Part shown: positions 22,960-34,674 of the stretch, one piece after another
Layout of the letters: each line of letters starts with the position of its first letter
How positions within the stretch are numbered: the first letter of the stretch is position 1
NCBI GenBank assembly: GCA_013239625.1
Contig: MU053873.1
Location: 2,184,524-2,248,523 of the forward strand
DNA length: 64,000 bases
Reading direction: 5' to 3'
Source of the DNA: Lama guanicoe
Lineage: Eukaryota
Notes under the pieces: generated by a model
The model's database searches: none
Seen by the model: only the letters and a program-made list of their open reading frames with translations
Told to the model about the DNA's origin: nothing
Translations under genes and position numbers: made by a program

Positions 22960-23160
22960 CTTCACTCTGCTCAACACTCCCCTTGCTCAAGTCCTCCCAA
23001 CAGCCAGGTGGAGCCTCAGTGAGGCCACTTTACGGGTGAGGACGTTGAGGCTCAGAGAGCCTAGGTTACCTGCCCAAGGTCACACAGCTGGGAGGTAGTG
23101 GGGCAGGGATTTGAACGTGGGTCTGTCTGACTGCGAGCCTGTGTGATTCGCTTCTGCACT
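22960..23160 (-). mobile_element. MIR SINE
   Basis: tgaggctcagagag...cctgcccaaggtcacacagct...ggatttgaac. Confidence 0.85.
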
Positions 23161-23490
23161 GGCCTGGCCCACGCACATGCTGCTTCTTCCATCAGGGATG
23201 CTCTCCCTGCTGTCTCCCTCCCATCACCTCCCAACCTCCTACTTATTTTTCCAGGTTCAGCTCCACTGTCACTCCAGGCTGCAGGTCCCAGAGCTCACTG
23301 CTTCTTCCTCGCGGCACCTGCCGGAGTTTGTGATGAAATCATGGCTGTGTCTGTGTTAGTTAATATGTGAACCCCAGCCCTGCTAGACGCTAAGTGCCGG
23401 GAGGTAGGAGCCACATCTGGTATCCTCATGGTTGTATCCCCACTACTGAGCACAGCACTTGGCACATAGTAGGTGCTCAAAATATTTTGG
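23160..23490 (+). mobile_element. L2 3' region
   Basis: gcacagcacttggcacatagtaggtgctcaaaatatt. Confidence 0.75.
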
Positions 23491-23728
23491 GGAGGGGGGA
23501 GAAAACATTCACTGACTGTGTCCTGACCTTTGTTTTCACAGCTCTCAGAACATGTCCCAGTTACTCATGCTCTCCTCTGCCCTTCGAGAGCTTGTTAAAC
23601 ATGTCTTTTAGCAAAGATGAGGGGTTGAGAAAGATACCAACAAAATCCACCCTTCACCCAACTCGATCTCTGCTCGAGTCACCTGCTGTCCCCACCACCA
23701 TCCAACACTGCCCATCAGGACATCTTTT

Positions 23729-24535
23729 TTTTGACATTTATTTTTATTGTAGTATAGTCAGTTTATAATGTGTCAATTTCTAGTGTACAGCATAATGTTT
23801 CAGTCATATATATATATTCATTTTTATATTCTTTTTCATTATAGGTTACTACAAGATGTTGAATATAGTTCCCTATGCTATACAGAAGAAACTTGTTTTA
23901 TATCTGTTTTATATACAGTAGTTATTATTTGCAGCTCTCAGACTCCCAGTTTATCTCTTCCCACTTCTTATCCCCTCTAGTAACCATAAGTTTGTTTACT
24001 TAGGTCTACGAGTCTGTTTCTGTTTTGTAGATAAGTTCATTAGCGTCTTCTTTTTTCTTTTCCTTTTATTTCTTATTTTTTAATTAAAAAAATCTGGGGG
24101 GGGGAGGTAATTAGGTTTACTTATTTTTTTTTTTAATGGAGGGACTGGGATCGAACCCAAGACCTTGTGCATGCTAGGCATGCACTCTACCACTGGGCTA
24201 TACCCTCCCTCAATTTTTAAACTTTTTTTTTCTTTTTTCTTTGTTTTAGATTCCATTTATGAATGATATCATGTGGATTTTTCTTTCTCTTTCTGGCTTA
24301 CTTCACTTAGCATGATGATCTCCAGCTCCGTTCATGTTGCTGCAAATGGCATGATTTTATTATTTTTTATGGCTGAGTAGTATTCCATTGCATAAATATA
24401 CCACAACTTCTTTATCCAGTCATCAGTCAGTGGACATTTAGGCTGCTTCCATGTCTTGGCTACTGTATGTAGTGCTGCTATGAACACTGAGGTACACGTA
24501 TCTTTTTGAATTAGAGTTCCCTCTGGATATATGTC
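23729..24535 (-). mobile_element. Young 5'-truncated L1 (camelid-type) carrying a nested SINE
   Basis: L1 3' UTR and ORF2 end (catgttgctgcaaatggc, ggctgagtagtattccattg); perfect 13-bp TSD caggacatctttt at 23716-23728 and 24536-24548. Confidence 0.9.
24080..24210 (-). mobile_element. tRNA-derived SINE of camelid type (Vic-1-like)
   Basis: Reverse strand reads gggagggtatagcccagtggtagagtgcatgcctagcatgcacaaggtcttgggttcgatcccagtccctccattaaaa...aaacctaattacctcccccc; A box 24190-24200, B box 24147-24157. Confidence 0.85.
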
Positions 24536-24769
24536 CAGGACATCTTTTATCCTCTTACTCTGTTTTCACTATAAACATTTGTCACTATAGGACATGCCTC
24601 AGCTCTGTAGTTTCTGATTCCCACTCTTTGATCATCACCTCAACCCAGGCAGGGATGTGGACATCCTCCTCATCTCTGTACCCTCAGAACCCAGCCCGCA
24701 GCCTGACCCAGAGGAGGCAGTCCACTGACGCACAAGTGAGTGGGGAACTAGACCGTTCTCGTATGCCAA

Positions 24770-24920
24770 TGTGCCAGGCTCCAAACAAAGCCCTTGACAG
24801 ACATTTTCTTCTTGAATTATCACTGCCATCCTGGGGGGAGATTCAGTCTCCTATTTTGCAGATGAGTAAACTGAGGTTCAGAGGCAGTTGGTGACTTTTG
24901 CAGAGAAGGAATTCATGTCC
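24770..24920 (-). mobile_element. MIR SINE
   Basis: cctattttgcagatgagtaaactgaggttcagag. Confidence 0.8.
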
Positions 24921-25149
24921 CAGCTAGAACATCCACCTCACCCACACTCTGGACTCCCCTGTGACCAACCCAGAATCCACCTTATTGTAAGGGGTTGACA
25001 CACGGCCTTTCAATAACCAAATATCTTCAGGCTAGCATCTTCCCAGTGGTTTGCAGGCAACACTACGTTCTGTAAGGACATCTCTGAGAAATATCTGTTT
25101 TCTTTCTTGCTTTTCTGTAAACAGAGCATCCATTCTCTCCCACTCTCTT

Positions 25150-25420
25150 GCGTTTTTTTTTAAGAATTAATTGCCCTTTTTATGGTTTTGGTGTGCTTGT
25201 ACTCGCGAGAACCCTGGCACCCTTAATCACAACAACAACATTTTCTCTGAACAGAGAAAATCTGAACAGTCATTAAGCACCAGCGAATGTGGAGCGTATT
25301 AATGGGCAAACAGTAAGTCGGGGAAGAGGAAAATGTTTTTCTCTCGCAAAGTACATACGAAAAGTTGATCCAAACCAACGCGCTGCCATAAATCTGTTAA
25401 TTTTGGCAAATTAGGGGGAG
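25150..25420. promoter_or_regulatory. Repeat-free CNE-like block with HOX/PBX motifs and a candidate exon
   Basis: TTTATGG 25179-25185, CCATAAATC 25386-25394, AATTAATT, CTCGCGAG 25202-25209. Confidence 0.4.
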
Positions 25421-27289
25421 GTGGCAGGGGCAGTGCGAGGGAGCGAGGCAAAAGGTTGGCCGGAAGCTGCCCACTCCCTTCAGAAGGGAGAGGCTGGGCC
25501 TCCGAGGGAGCCGGCAGCTCAGCTCCAGGCCCAGAACCAGCCACGTTTTGCAGGGCTGCCTCCCTTCTTGAAGCTGGTGCCCTGTGGTCTCTAGGTAGCT
25601 GAGGACCGTGGCTCATTAATATTGGACCCAGATGCTGGGATGAAGGGGAGGTGGACTCCGGGGCCTGGGGTGGGTGGGGGGCTACAGCCCTTCCACGGGC
25701 ACCAGGATTCTTTCTCATTCCAGCTGCATTTCTGTCCTCTCTGGGCCCCTGGCCTGGGCTGCCTCCTCCTCCCTCCCCTCCCCCACGCCCAGCCCCAGTC
25801 TGGTTTTGGCCTGTTTCCTTTGGTGAGGACCACTTACTGCTCTCCCTGTTCTGGGACTGAACTGAGTTCAGGGCTGGGGAGAGGGGGAGGGGACTTAGCG
25901 TGGGCTGTCTGTCCGTGTGTGTGCGTGAGTGTGTGTGCATGCTCGTGCTAGTCTGGGTGCTGGTGTGCTGGAGAGGGGGTTCGGAGGTCTGCTGGTGTCA
26001 TTCAGGGCTTTTGATAACAAAGAACGATTTTCCTTCTTGGTGCAAACAAAACCCAGCCTTCCGGAGGCAGGCTGCCCATCTCCATCTCTCTCTCCCTCCA
26101 TCCTCCCCTCCTCCTGTCTCCTTCAGAATGTTTTCTTTCTGTACCGTTTTCTCTGCATCATTCTTTCAGTCTTCAAATTACCATTTTCATTTTTTTAGTC
26201 TGTATCTCATTCATATTTCTGCCTCTCCCCATCACTCTTCCCTCCCCCCATCCTCTGTCTTTCTCTTTTTTTCTCCTTTCCTCCCTCACTCCCCTGCACT
26301 CTCCTGCAGTGGAGTTTGGAGTCGCCACACCACTGATTTCCCTGCAAGCAGGACGACACCCAGACGCCTCTCTCTGAGATCCAGTCTTAATTCACAGATT
26401 CCGTGGGGCACTGTGTGATGTGCGATGCAGATCATCAAGTGCCCCTGTAGCCACATCTCCCCCGGGGGAGTCTGCAGGACTAGTGGCGGGTTCATCTGTC
26501 CTGGGAGCCTTTGCTCACCTCTTCCTCGTCCTGGCTGACGAAATCCTCCCACGGGCTGCCTGGGATTTGCTCTTTGCTGCCTGCGCGAGCTCCTGGGCCA
26601 TGTGCTGCAGCACGAATAAGTTAACGTATTTACGGTAACTGCGTTCCTGGGTATGCTGGAGGAAGGGGCTGCTTTGGTTAACCATTTATTACGGAGGTGG
26701 CTATTTTCAATGTGTTCCACGTGATTATTCGGCAAAGCTGCAATTTGGCACTTGTTCTGGGCTTGAAGGAATCACTTCCCCAGAGGTGACCCTCGGCGGG
26801 AGATTGCATGTCACCGCGTGAGGAATGGCCACGGCGGGCGTGATGGGTAGGCTGTCTGCCTCCCCTGACCTCAATCACTTTCCCTCGGTGCGGCTGCCAG
26901 AGCAGATGGGGGTTGACACAAAGTGCTTATAATTTCCCTTGGAAGGCAGTGGAATGATAATGGGGTGCCGGGTGCCCACTGGTTGGCCAAGGTGCAGGCC
27001 CAGAACTCCTGTTGGGAGTGGCCATCCTAACGGGAGAGGGCAAGGTGGTGGTTAAGAGATGCCCTGCGGAGGAGGGGCGGAGGGGGCTGTGGGTTCAGAA
27101 GGCTGGCTCTTAGGGGACTGAAGCAAGCAGGCCAGGCAAGGAGCGAGTGTGTACTAAGCACCTACTGTGTGCTCAGCACTGTGCCAGGCTCTCGGGCAAG
27201 CATCCTCCGTTCGGCTGCCAGTGTGGCCCCATCGGTGGGCTGCCTGGTGGGAGAGCAGAAGTGGGGTGGCCTCGGGGCCACAAGCCCCA

Positions 27290-27480
27290 ACCCTGTGCTC
27301 ACGTTCCAGCACTGCTGCTCCCTAGCCCTGTAGCCCTGCAACCCTGCAAAAATGACTTGACCACACTCGTGCCTCAGTTTCCCCATCTGTAAAAGGAGAT
27401 ACAATCAGTGCTCTCTCCTCTTGAGACTCCAGTGAGCCAAGATCTCAAAGCACCCAGGACAGGGCCAGGCATGGAGCAAG
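27290..27480 (+). mobile_element. MIR SINE
   Basis: gtgcctcagtttccccatctgtaaaagg plus tail. Confidence 0.8.
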
Positions 27481-27999
27481 CTGACAGAAGGGCTGCTGTG
27501 GTCATCCGTGTCGCTGCTACTGCTGTTTGAGAAAGGATTAAGCAGACTGCCACTGGATGAGTGAGAAAACCCGGGGCACTGAGACATCTAGAAGGCTGCT
27601 GCTGGATGCAGCACTCTCAGGAGCGGGAATCAGGGGTAGAAATCAGCTCCTTCACATTCTGAGTCACCTCCCTGGGGCTTGGCCCTTCTGAGGTTTGTCT
27701 CCCTTGCTCTTTCCTTCCTTCCATCCCCTCTTCCTTCTTCGTTTTGGTTAACTGTCAGTTCTTCATTTCAAATTATGAGACATACTGGAGACCAGGCCGT
27801 GTGAAGGACGCCTAATGGAGAACAGAGCAGACAAGGATGTCCAGTGGCCCCTTGGCATGGCTGTGTGATAGAACAGGTGCTCAGTGCTGACAGGCTCTGG
27901 GTAGTCTTGGGGCCTGGAGTCTCTTTGAGTAGATCACCCACCTCTGTAGGCTTCAGTTCCCTCCTCAAAATATGCCAGTCCAGCTGCCTAGGAGCTGGG

Positions 28000-28190
28000 T
28001 CTTTCTGGCCCTAGTCTCACCTCTACCCCATGACAGCAGAGTGACCATGGGCAAGTCACATGCCCAGTCCCTACCCCAGACCTCCGGCTTTCCATCTGCA
28101 GAAATTACCTTGTGGGGGTTGTGAGGCTTAAGGGAGGAGAGGAATGCTGCCTGGTATACACAGAGGAACATTCTTAGCTTTTCCAGGTCT
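28000..28190 (+). mobile_element. MIR SINE
   Basis: gtgaccatgggcaagtcac...tccatctgcagaaa...ggttgtgaggcttaa. Confidence 0.7.
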
Positions 28191-28359
28191 GGAAGGTGGG
28201 GCTGCATCCTAGTGTTCGGGCAGATCATAACTGCTGTCTTGTCTCACCTGACAGCTCTGAGACATGAAAGTCCAACTCTGAGACTCGTCTCAGCCACATG
28301 GATAGAAAGAGCAGCCCTTCTCAGAAACCCAGACCTGACCACACTGCTCTCCTCCTCAT

Positions 28360-28775
28360 AACTTAGTTTGAATTTCCCCAGAAGGCAACTTGGAGATAAG
28401 GATTTAAGGGCAAGTAGTATTCTGGGGAGCGGAACCCAGGATGCTCCCATAGGGGAGTGGAGACGAGAGGCAGGTAATAAAGGCCAGTTATCACAGAGGG
28501 TGACTGAAGCTTAATCCTGCAGAGAAATTCTAGAAAACACCATAAAACATAACTTTCAGTGTCATCCCACTTGAGGAGTGAGGGAGCTGGGGTATTGATA
28601 TACCATCTCCCAAGAGTCACACTGGGCGAGGGCTGCTCTGTGTTGGGGCTGGTGAGTTCCCTAGCACTTGTAGCCTACCTTGTGGATCTCTAGAACCATC
28701 CCTGGACTATAAGATACCTGTAGCTGAGTGCACTGAATTGACAAGGTCTGGGGGATGCAGGCGGATTCTGATAGA
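28360..28775 (-). mobile_element. ERVL solo LTR (LTR16/40/41-type; family uncertain)
   Basis: ccccagaaggcaac...ataaggattt...gcaagtagtatt, gagggagctggggtatt, gagggctgctc. Confidence 0.65.
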
Positions 28776-28879
28776 GACTGTACCCAAACCCCCCTCAGAC
28801 TGGAGTCCTTTGCCCATGGAACCTTCCCTAGTGCCTCTTCCCATACGTCAGTGCACCCTTTCCTCCAGTGCCATGCTTT

Positions 28880-29030
28880 CCACCACTGGGTTTAACTGCC
28901 TGCTTACTTGTTCACTTGCCCCCATCCTGTGTCCCAGCTGTGAGCTCCATGAGACAGGGCTGTGTCTCATCCAACTCTGCATTCCCAGAATAAATGTTCA
29001 ACATTAAAAAATAAATAAATAAATGAGTCC
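28880..29030 (+). mobile_element. L2 3' end
   Basis: ctgtgagctccatgagacagggctgtgtc. Confidence 0.65.
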
Positions 29031-29546
29031 ATGGAGATGGGGGCAGGCAGAGGCTCTCAGAGGAGAGCTAATTGTGCAAGAGCAGAGCTGTAAGGAGAGA
29101 CGCCAAAACCCTTGTACGTAGCAGACATCACCAGCTGCCAACATGAGGACGCTTTTCTCTGGGTTTGCCCCAGTTCTGACCATCAGAGTCCCCATCCAGC
29201 CCAACTTCAGGAACAGGAGAAGGGAAATGGAGCCACACCCTTATTAAAATCAAGGCCTTTGCTTGCTAGGAATGGGAACAGATGAATCTGAGATCATCCT
29301 TGGCAAGAAATGCCGGGAAGCAGAATGCTCCTTTTTCTGCAGAATCTCAGCACAGCTTCTGCCTTTACTTCCATCCTGTTGACACCTGTAATAACTGTGA
29401 AACCTTGAGATCAGCTTCTGGGCTGTGACGCTCATAGGTGGTCCTGGGTGTGGGTCAGTGACGGGCAGCCCCTGCCCAGGACTCTGCTGAGGTGGGTGTT
29501 TACAGTCAGGGCACCTTGGCTAAGATGCCCAGAAGATGGGAGGTGA

Positions 29547-29607
29547 CCACTTCCTGTTTCAACACTTCCTGTGGAACAGGAAGTGGGGGGAAATGTACAG
29601 GAAGTGG
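29547..29607. promoter_or_regulatory. Homotypic cluster of four perfect ETS sites (ACAGGAAGTG)
   Basis: CACTTCCTGT at 29548-29557 and 29563-29572; ACAGGAAGTG at 29576-29585 and 29597-29606. Confidence 0.7.
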
Positions 29608-30094
29608 AAGGAAATATACGGGGAAGCCATTTTTCAGAGCAGGGGTGGCTTGTGGATTCATAAAAGTTTTTAATATTTTCTAGTCTGAGATGTTAAGAAA
29701 GCAGGACATGTTGTCCCTTACTAACTCTCAGTTAAAACAGCACCTTGTCTGTCAGGGTTGGAAGAACTTTGGGGGCAAAGGAAGGAAAAAAAAGACAGAC
29801 TAGCATGGAGGCAAAATTAGGGAGTTCAAAGGACTTCTAGATCCTTCTGAGATGAGTGTTTCACAATAATCGTGCCACACTTCCCGGCAAAGTTCCCTTC
29901 CCGTCACTGTCAGAAGCCAGCAGCATGCCTCCTTCACTTAAAGCAAATTCAACACATGGCTACCCAAGTTATCCCCTTTACAAATTGAATTCCCAGTGGC
30001 AATCATGGACCAAGCAATCTGGTTTTGAAATGGAGTTTATTTTCGAGCAAGTTTTTCAAAGCAGTGTTTGTGACTTAGCTAACCAAGATTTAAT

Positions 30095-30310
30095 AGTTCT
30101 TGTGTGCCAGGCCTTGTTCTAAGTACTTTGCCGATTCTTATTTAATTCTTGTAACCAACGAGGCAAGACATACTATTTTTATCCCCATTTTACAGACCAA
30201 GAAACTGAGGCATGCAGAAATAAGGTAACTTACTCAAGGTCAACCAGCGAGTAGGTCTAAAAGCCAGATGCAAACCCAGGCTGCTCGAGACAGAGTCCAT
30301 TGTCTTGACT
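30095..30310 (-). mobile_element. MIR SINE
   Basis: atccccattttacagaccaagaaactgaggc...ctcaaggtca. Confidence 0.85.
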
Positions 30311-30769
30311 GATGCATTTTTCTTCCTCTGTGAGTGAGGAAAGAAACTGGCTGGTACCTGGGTCTGGCCAGGCTGGGAAGAACCATGCTGCCACTTGTCA
30401 CCAAGTGAGCTTCCAACAAGAATGGTCTGCTCTGGGCCTCCCCTCTTCTGGAGTTTATAATTTGGGAGACTTGGGCCTCTCTGGACCTCTAGCCTCTAGC
30501 ATGGAGCGTAGTATCCTGTAGATGTTCAAGGAAGCATTGTGGAATGAGTGTTGGGTCAATAAGAGAATGCACATGTGGATCGCTTAGTAGGGATGCTAGC
30601 TACTCAAACTGGATGCACACAGGCAGAGGAAAGAGGGAAGCAGGCTGTTCTTAGAAGGCTCAGGTCAAATCTTTCCTTAACTTTAATAACCTTCCCCTTC
30701 GCCTCTAATATTGGGAAACTCCATAAGGTGACTGCAAGCAACTTGGGTGCAAAATCCACATCTGACTTA

Positions 30770-31110
30770 TCACTGGATGCCTAACACCTGGCACGGTGTC
30801 AGGCTCCTTGGAGGGACACTCTGCGTGGTGAATACATGAGCGAGTGAATGAATGAATGAACGAATGAGCGATTGAAAGACCAAGAGAATGAATACACATT
30901 TCCCAACCCTGAGAAGGACCAGATTAGTGGCCCCCAAATACGTATGAACATGGAATCTCTTGGAGAGCCGACGGATTGCTGGGCCCACACCAGAGCTGTG
31001 TGATGCAGCGGGCCTTGGGTGGGGCCCAGGAGCCTGCATTTCTAACCAAGTTCCCTGCAATTGATCGGGGGCACGGCAGTTTTTGAAAGCTCTCTGTATC
31101 CTTTGAAGGT
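30770..31110. mobile_element. L2 3' end followed by MER5A-like MITE
   Basis: gcctaacacctggcac...tgaatgaatgaa; ggattgctgggcccacaccagag...gggtggggcccaggagcctgcatttctaaccaagttccc. Confidence 0.75.
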
Positions 31111-32659
31111 GCGGCACAGTAGGAAAACCTTTCTTTGGGGCTTAGTGGGTTGTTTGAGGGGTTCCCGTATGGCTTGGCTCACCTGGGGGCCTCCACTTCT
31201 GTGTCCCAGGGGGTCCCCCAAATCCAGCCCCCCTGCTATGTCCTGCGGCCATTCTAGGCAACAGCTTCTCTGCCGCTTGCCCAAGATCTGATATTTGTTC
31301 CCTAACGCTGTGAGTCCCCATCCCAGCCTTCGCCCGCCCCGTTTGCTGTGGTGTCTATTAAGAGCAGATGCTAAACCATTTCCAACAGGCCTTGAAGCTA
31401 ATGCACTGCAGAATGGATTCGGAAGGGCCTATTTCTTTGTGCGCTGAGAAAGAGTGAATTAATGCTCGATGAAAACCTCCCGAGAACCGGAGTCAGGGCT
31501 GGGGGTGGGGGCACTTGGTGGCTAAATCAACAGTTATAAACTCGCTCAGTCATTTTTCATTATTTGGTACATTGGAAGGATATTTTCCTTTTCAAATGCA
31601 GTTGGAAATCTGTTTGGTCAAAAGTCAGTTGGAAACCTCATCACCATTGCCCCTGAAAACTCACAGCCTCTGTCAGGGGGTGGAAGAAAAATGGCCCAGG
31701 TCCCCAGCTGAAGTCGAGGCGACAGGGCCATGATGGGGTGTCATGGGGCCCCCACTGGGCAGAGGCTGTGTGATTTTTCAAAAATGTTGCCCGTAAGTCC
31801 AAACTTTTACAAGGACCTGCATATATGGCGGCTTAAGCTATGGATTTGGAAGGCAAAGCCATGTATCTCCTCTGGTTACGAGAAGAGAACCAATCCGGGT
31901 TCCGACTGCCCTGGCTCCAGCCTCATGGGGACATTTTCTTAGCTGCAGTGTGAACAGACCTGAGCTAAAGCATGCACACTGCGGAGCAAATAGAAGCCAA
32001 GGTGGGGACGCCCTCTCTTTGCATGGCTGGAGGGAACCGATTGCTCTAGGACGTGCTTCCAGGGGTGGCATTTGAATGGGCAGTTCTTCCTGACAGCCGC
32101 CTTGAGAGGGAAACCCTGGACCAGGCGACAGACTCCAGTCTGAGCCATGGTTCTGCCCTCTCTGGGCTTTGTGACCCTCAGGAGAGGGAGGAAATGATGG
32201 CTTTTAGGACCAGCATCCTTATCCTCTTTGAAACCTGGGATGCTCCAGGGGCAAAGCTCTGGGTTATCCAAAAGGTTGGTTCAGAGGAGATTCTAAAAGG
32301 GAGCTTCCTTCCCTGTAAGCTGGGCTGGGTCAGCTTCCCCAGGTGGGGTTGGAACTAGGTGCCATGGGTCCACAGGGTGGAGAGAGGGGAGACCATCTCA
32401 GAGTCCAGAACCGATGGGCACAACTTATCTGTATAACTGGGTACTGCATAGAGTTCAGGACTAGGGGGACTGGAACATGGGCTGTTTCCTTTCGTGGCAG
32501 ACATAGCCCATACAGCACTTCTGGAAAAAGGAACCTCTTCTTCAAGTGGACCTAGCCCTGCCCCAAGGCCTGTGGCTGTGCAAGGCCCTTGTGCAGTCAA
32601 CAACCTGCACAGCTATACTTGGCATCCCTTGCTTCCTCCATCCTTTTATTTATTTCTTC

Positions 32660-33250
32660 TGGGCTATGAATGAAACTGCCGCCTCGGTCACCTTTTTGCT
32701 TGCATGCATATCCCCCTCCAGCCCTTTCCTTACATTCATTTGCTCAGGCTGTGCTCCCTTCTCCAAATTAAACTCCCCATCACTGTTGAGAAGAAGACCC
32801 AACCACTCCCCAGGGACTATGGGCTCCTGTGTGGCCCAGTCCCTGCCCACTGCTCCCACCTTGCCCCACCTCAGCTCCCCCTTTATGTCTGGGATCCAGC
32901 CACACTGGCCTTTGATTGTGCTCCCCCTGCCCCAGGGCCTTTGCATGTGTCCAACCTACTGCCTGGAGCATTCTTTCTGCCCCATATCCCCTGGCCTCTT
33001 CATCCTCCTTTAGGTCTTAGTTCCAGTGTCACCTCCTTGAGTAGGCATTTTCTGATCCCCAGTTACATCAAGTCCCTTCTCATGACACGGTGTTCCTGTC
33101 ACCTGATCTGTTTTCATAGGTAAAATTTAACATTTACCCAGAAATGAGCAGAATCAGGTCATGTCCATCTCCCCACCAGACTGCAAGCCTTAAGGCAGAG
33201 GCTATGTTCTAGTGCCCAACAAGTGCTCAATAAACACACGTTTAATTATT
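32660..33250 (+). mobile_element. L2 remnant
   Basis: ccagccacactggcctt, cagggcctttgcatgtg...tgcctggagcattctt, gtgctcaataaac. Confidence 0.75.
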
Positions 33251-33349
33251 TAATTTGTGGACCAGCTAGGTTCTTGCCATCCTTGATGCACCAAGCAAGT
33301 CACTGGAAGTGGCTGATAAATCCCTGTTGGGTATCAGCTCTTTTCATTT

Positions 33350-34090
33350 AATCTTTGTCAGAACTGTACGATTCACCATTTATGTTCATCCCCTCTACTA
33401 ATGGAAACAGAGACCCAGAGAAGGCAAGGGGCTTGCCTGAGGTCACACAGCAGTGGCCAGAAGCAGAGCTGGGACTAGAATGTTCCATCCATGCCCCATC
33501 TGGATGAGCTCCAGCTTGAGGGCAGAGCTTGGAGCTCAGCCACAGGAGCCTTAGGACTCCTGGAAGGTCGGCTTGGGTGTGGGGCTGGGTTCAGATGTCA
33601 CTGAATTGGGCACTGGAAAGACTTGGAGTGGACGTCAAAGCTGGGCAGCATCGAACCAGACTGAGGAGGCAGTAGCGCACTGGGCTGGCTCAAGTGGAGT
33701 GGCCAGCAGGCCTGGGCAACTGTGGACAAGCCCCTGGACCTCTCCGTGCCTCAGTTTCCTCATGTAGAGTATGGGAACAACCCTGTCCTCCTTGAGGGGT
33801 GGAGCCTGGGGTCTGCCTCAAGCCCAGCTCCAGTTGGAGAGTTGAGGGGGTGCAAAGGAGTCTGGAGAGGGATGAGGGTGGGAGGAGAGACAGGTGGCCA
33901 GGTGGAGGTCAGGAACCAGATCACTAAGAATGACAATAATTATAAGAGCGTGGCAGGGGTAGCTTCTGTTGGTCGCACACAACGCAGCACCAAGCGACGC
34001 ACGCAGCATGTTCTGTCAATGCCTCTCCACCGGGCTTTAGGAGGTGCAGATCACTGTACCCAGTTTGCAGATGAGGAAGCTGAGGCTGGG
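33350..34090. mobile_element. Three MIR remnants in mixed orientation
   Basis: cttgcctgaggtcacacagc; gtgcctcagtttcctcatgtag; gcagatgaggaagctgaggct. Confidence 0.7.
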
Positions 34091-34674
34091 ACACATGAAC
34101 CGACCTGCTGGCCCTGTGTGCACTTGAGGACCTGGCCCCAACCTGTTTCTTTTCTGACTAATGCTTTCTGAGCAATCAAGACGTGATTGAAGCCTACTTC
34201 CTTGATAAGACTGCCCTGAGACCCCAGCCCCTGTCGGGGCCTCCTGGGGACTCCAAGATCCACAGACTCACCTGACCGAAGGTCCTTTCTCCTGTCTGCC
34301 TGTCACACCCGTCAGCCCGGAGCCCTGGAGGGCATGCTGGGTCTTAGCCAGACTGGCCGAGGCCACTGAGGTCCCTGGAACATGGTGAAGAATCTCTGTA
34401 AATATCCCACACAGGCCCACGGTTGAATAGTTGCTCAATGAATGTTAATTATGCACAAAATATGCTATGCTAAGCCGAGTGGACAGAGTTTCCGCCCTCA
34501 GGGAGCTGGACTGGATGTTGGAGGCGAGGCTTATGATATAGTAGAGCCCAGATCAGACCCCAGGCTCTTCCTCGACCCAAATTTCAGCCAAAGTCAAATC
34601 TCAGAAGACAGCACCTCCATCCTCCCAGGTGTTCAAGTCAAAATCTCGGCCTCATTCCTGACTCGTACGCCTCC

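Noticed and set aside
24140..24210. tRNA gene
   Set aside because: A and B boxes belong to a SINE head followed by the SINE tail; no proper acceptor stem
25299..26418. 213 aa and 172 aa ORFs
   Set aside because: Originate in a GT microsatellite and cross low-complexity tracts; no protein-like composition
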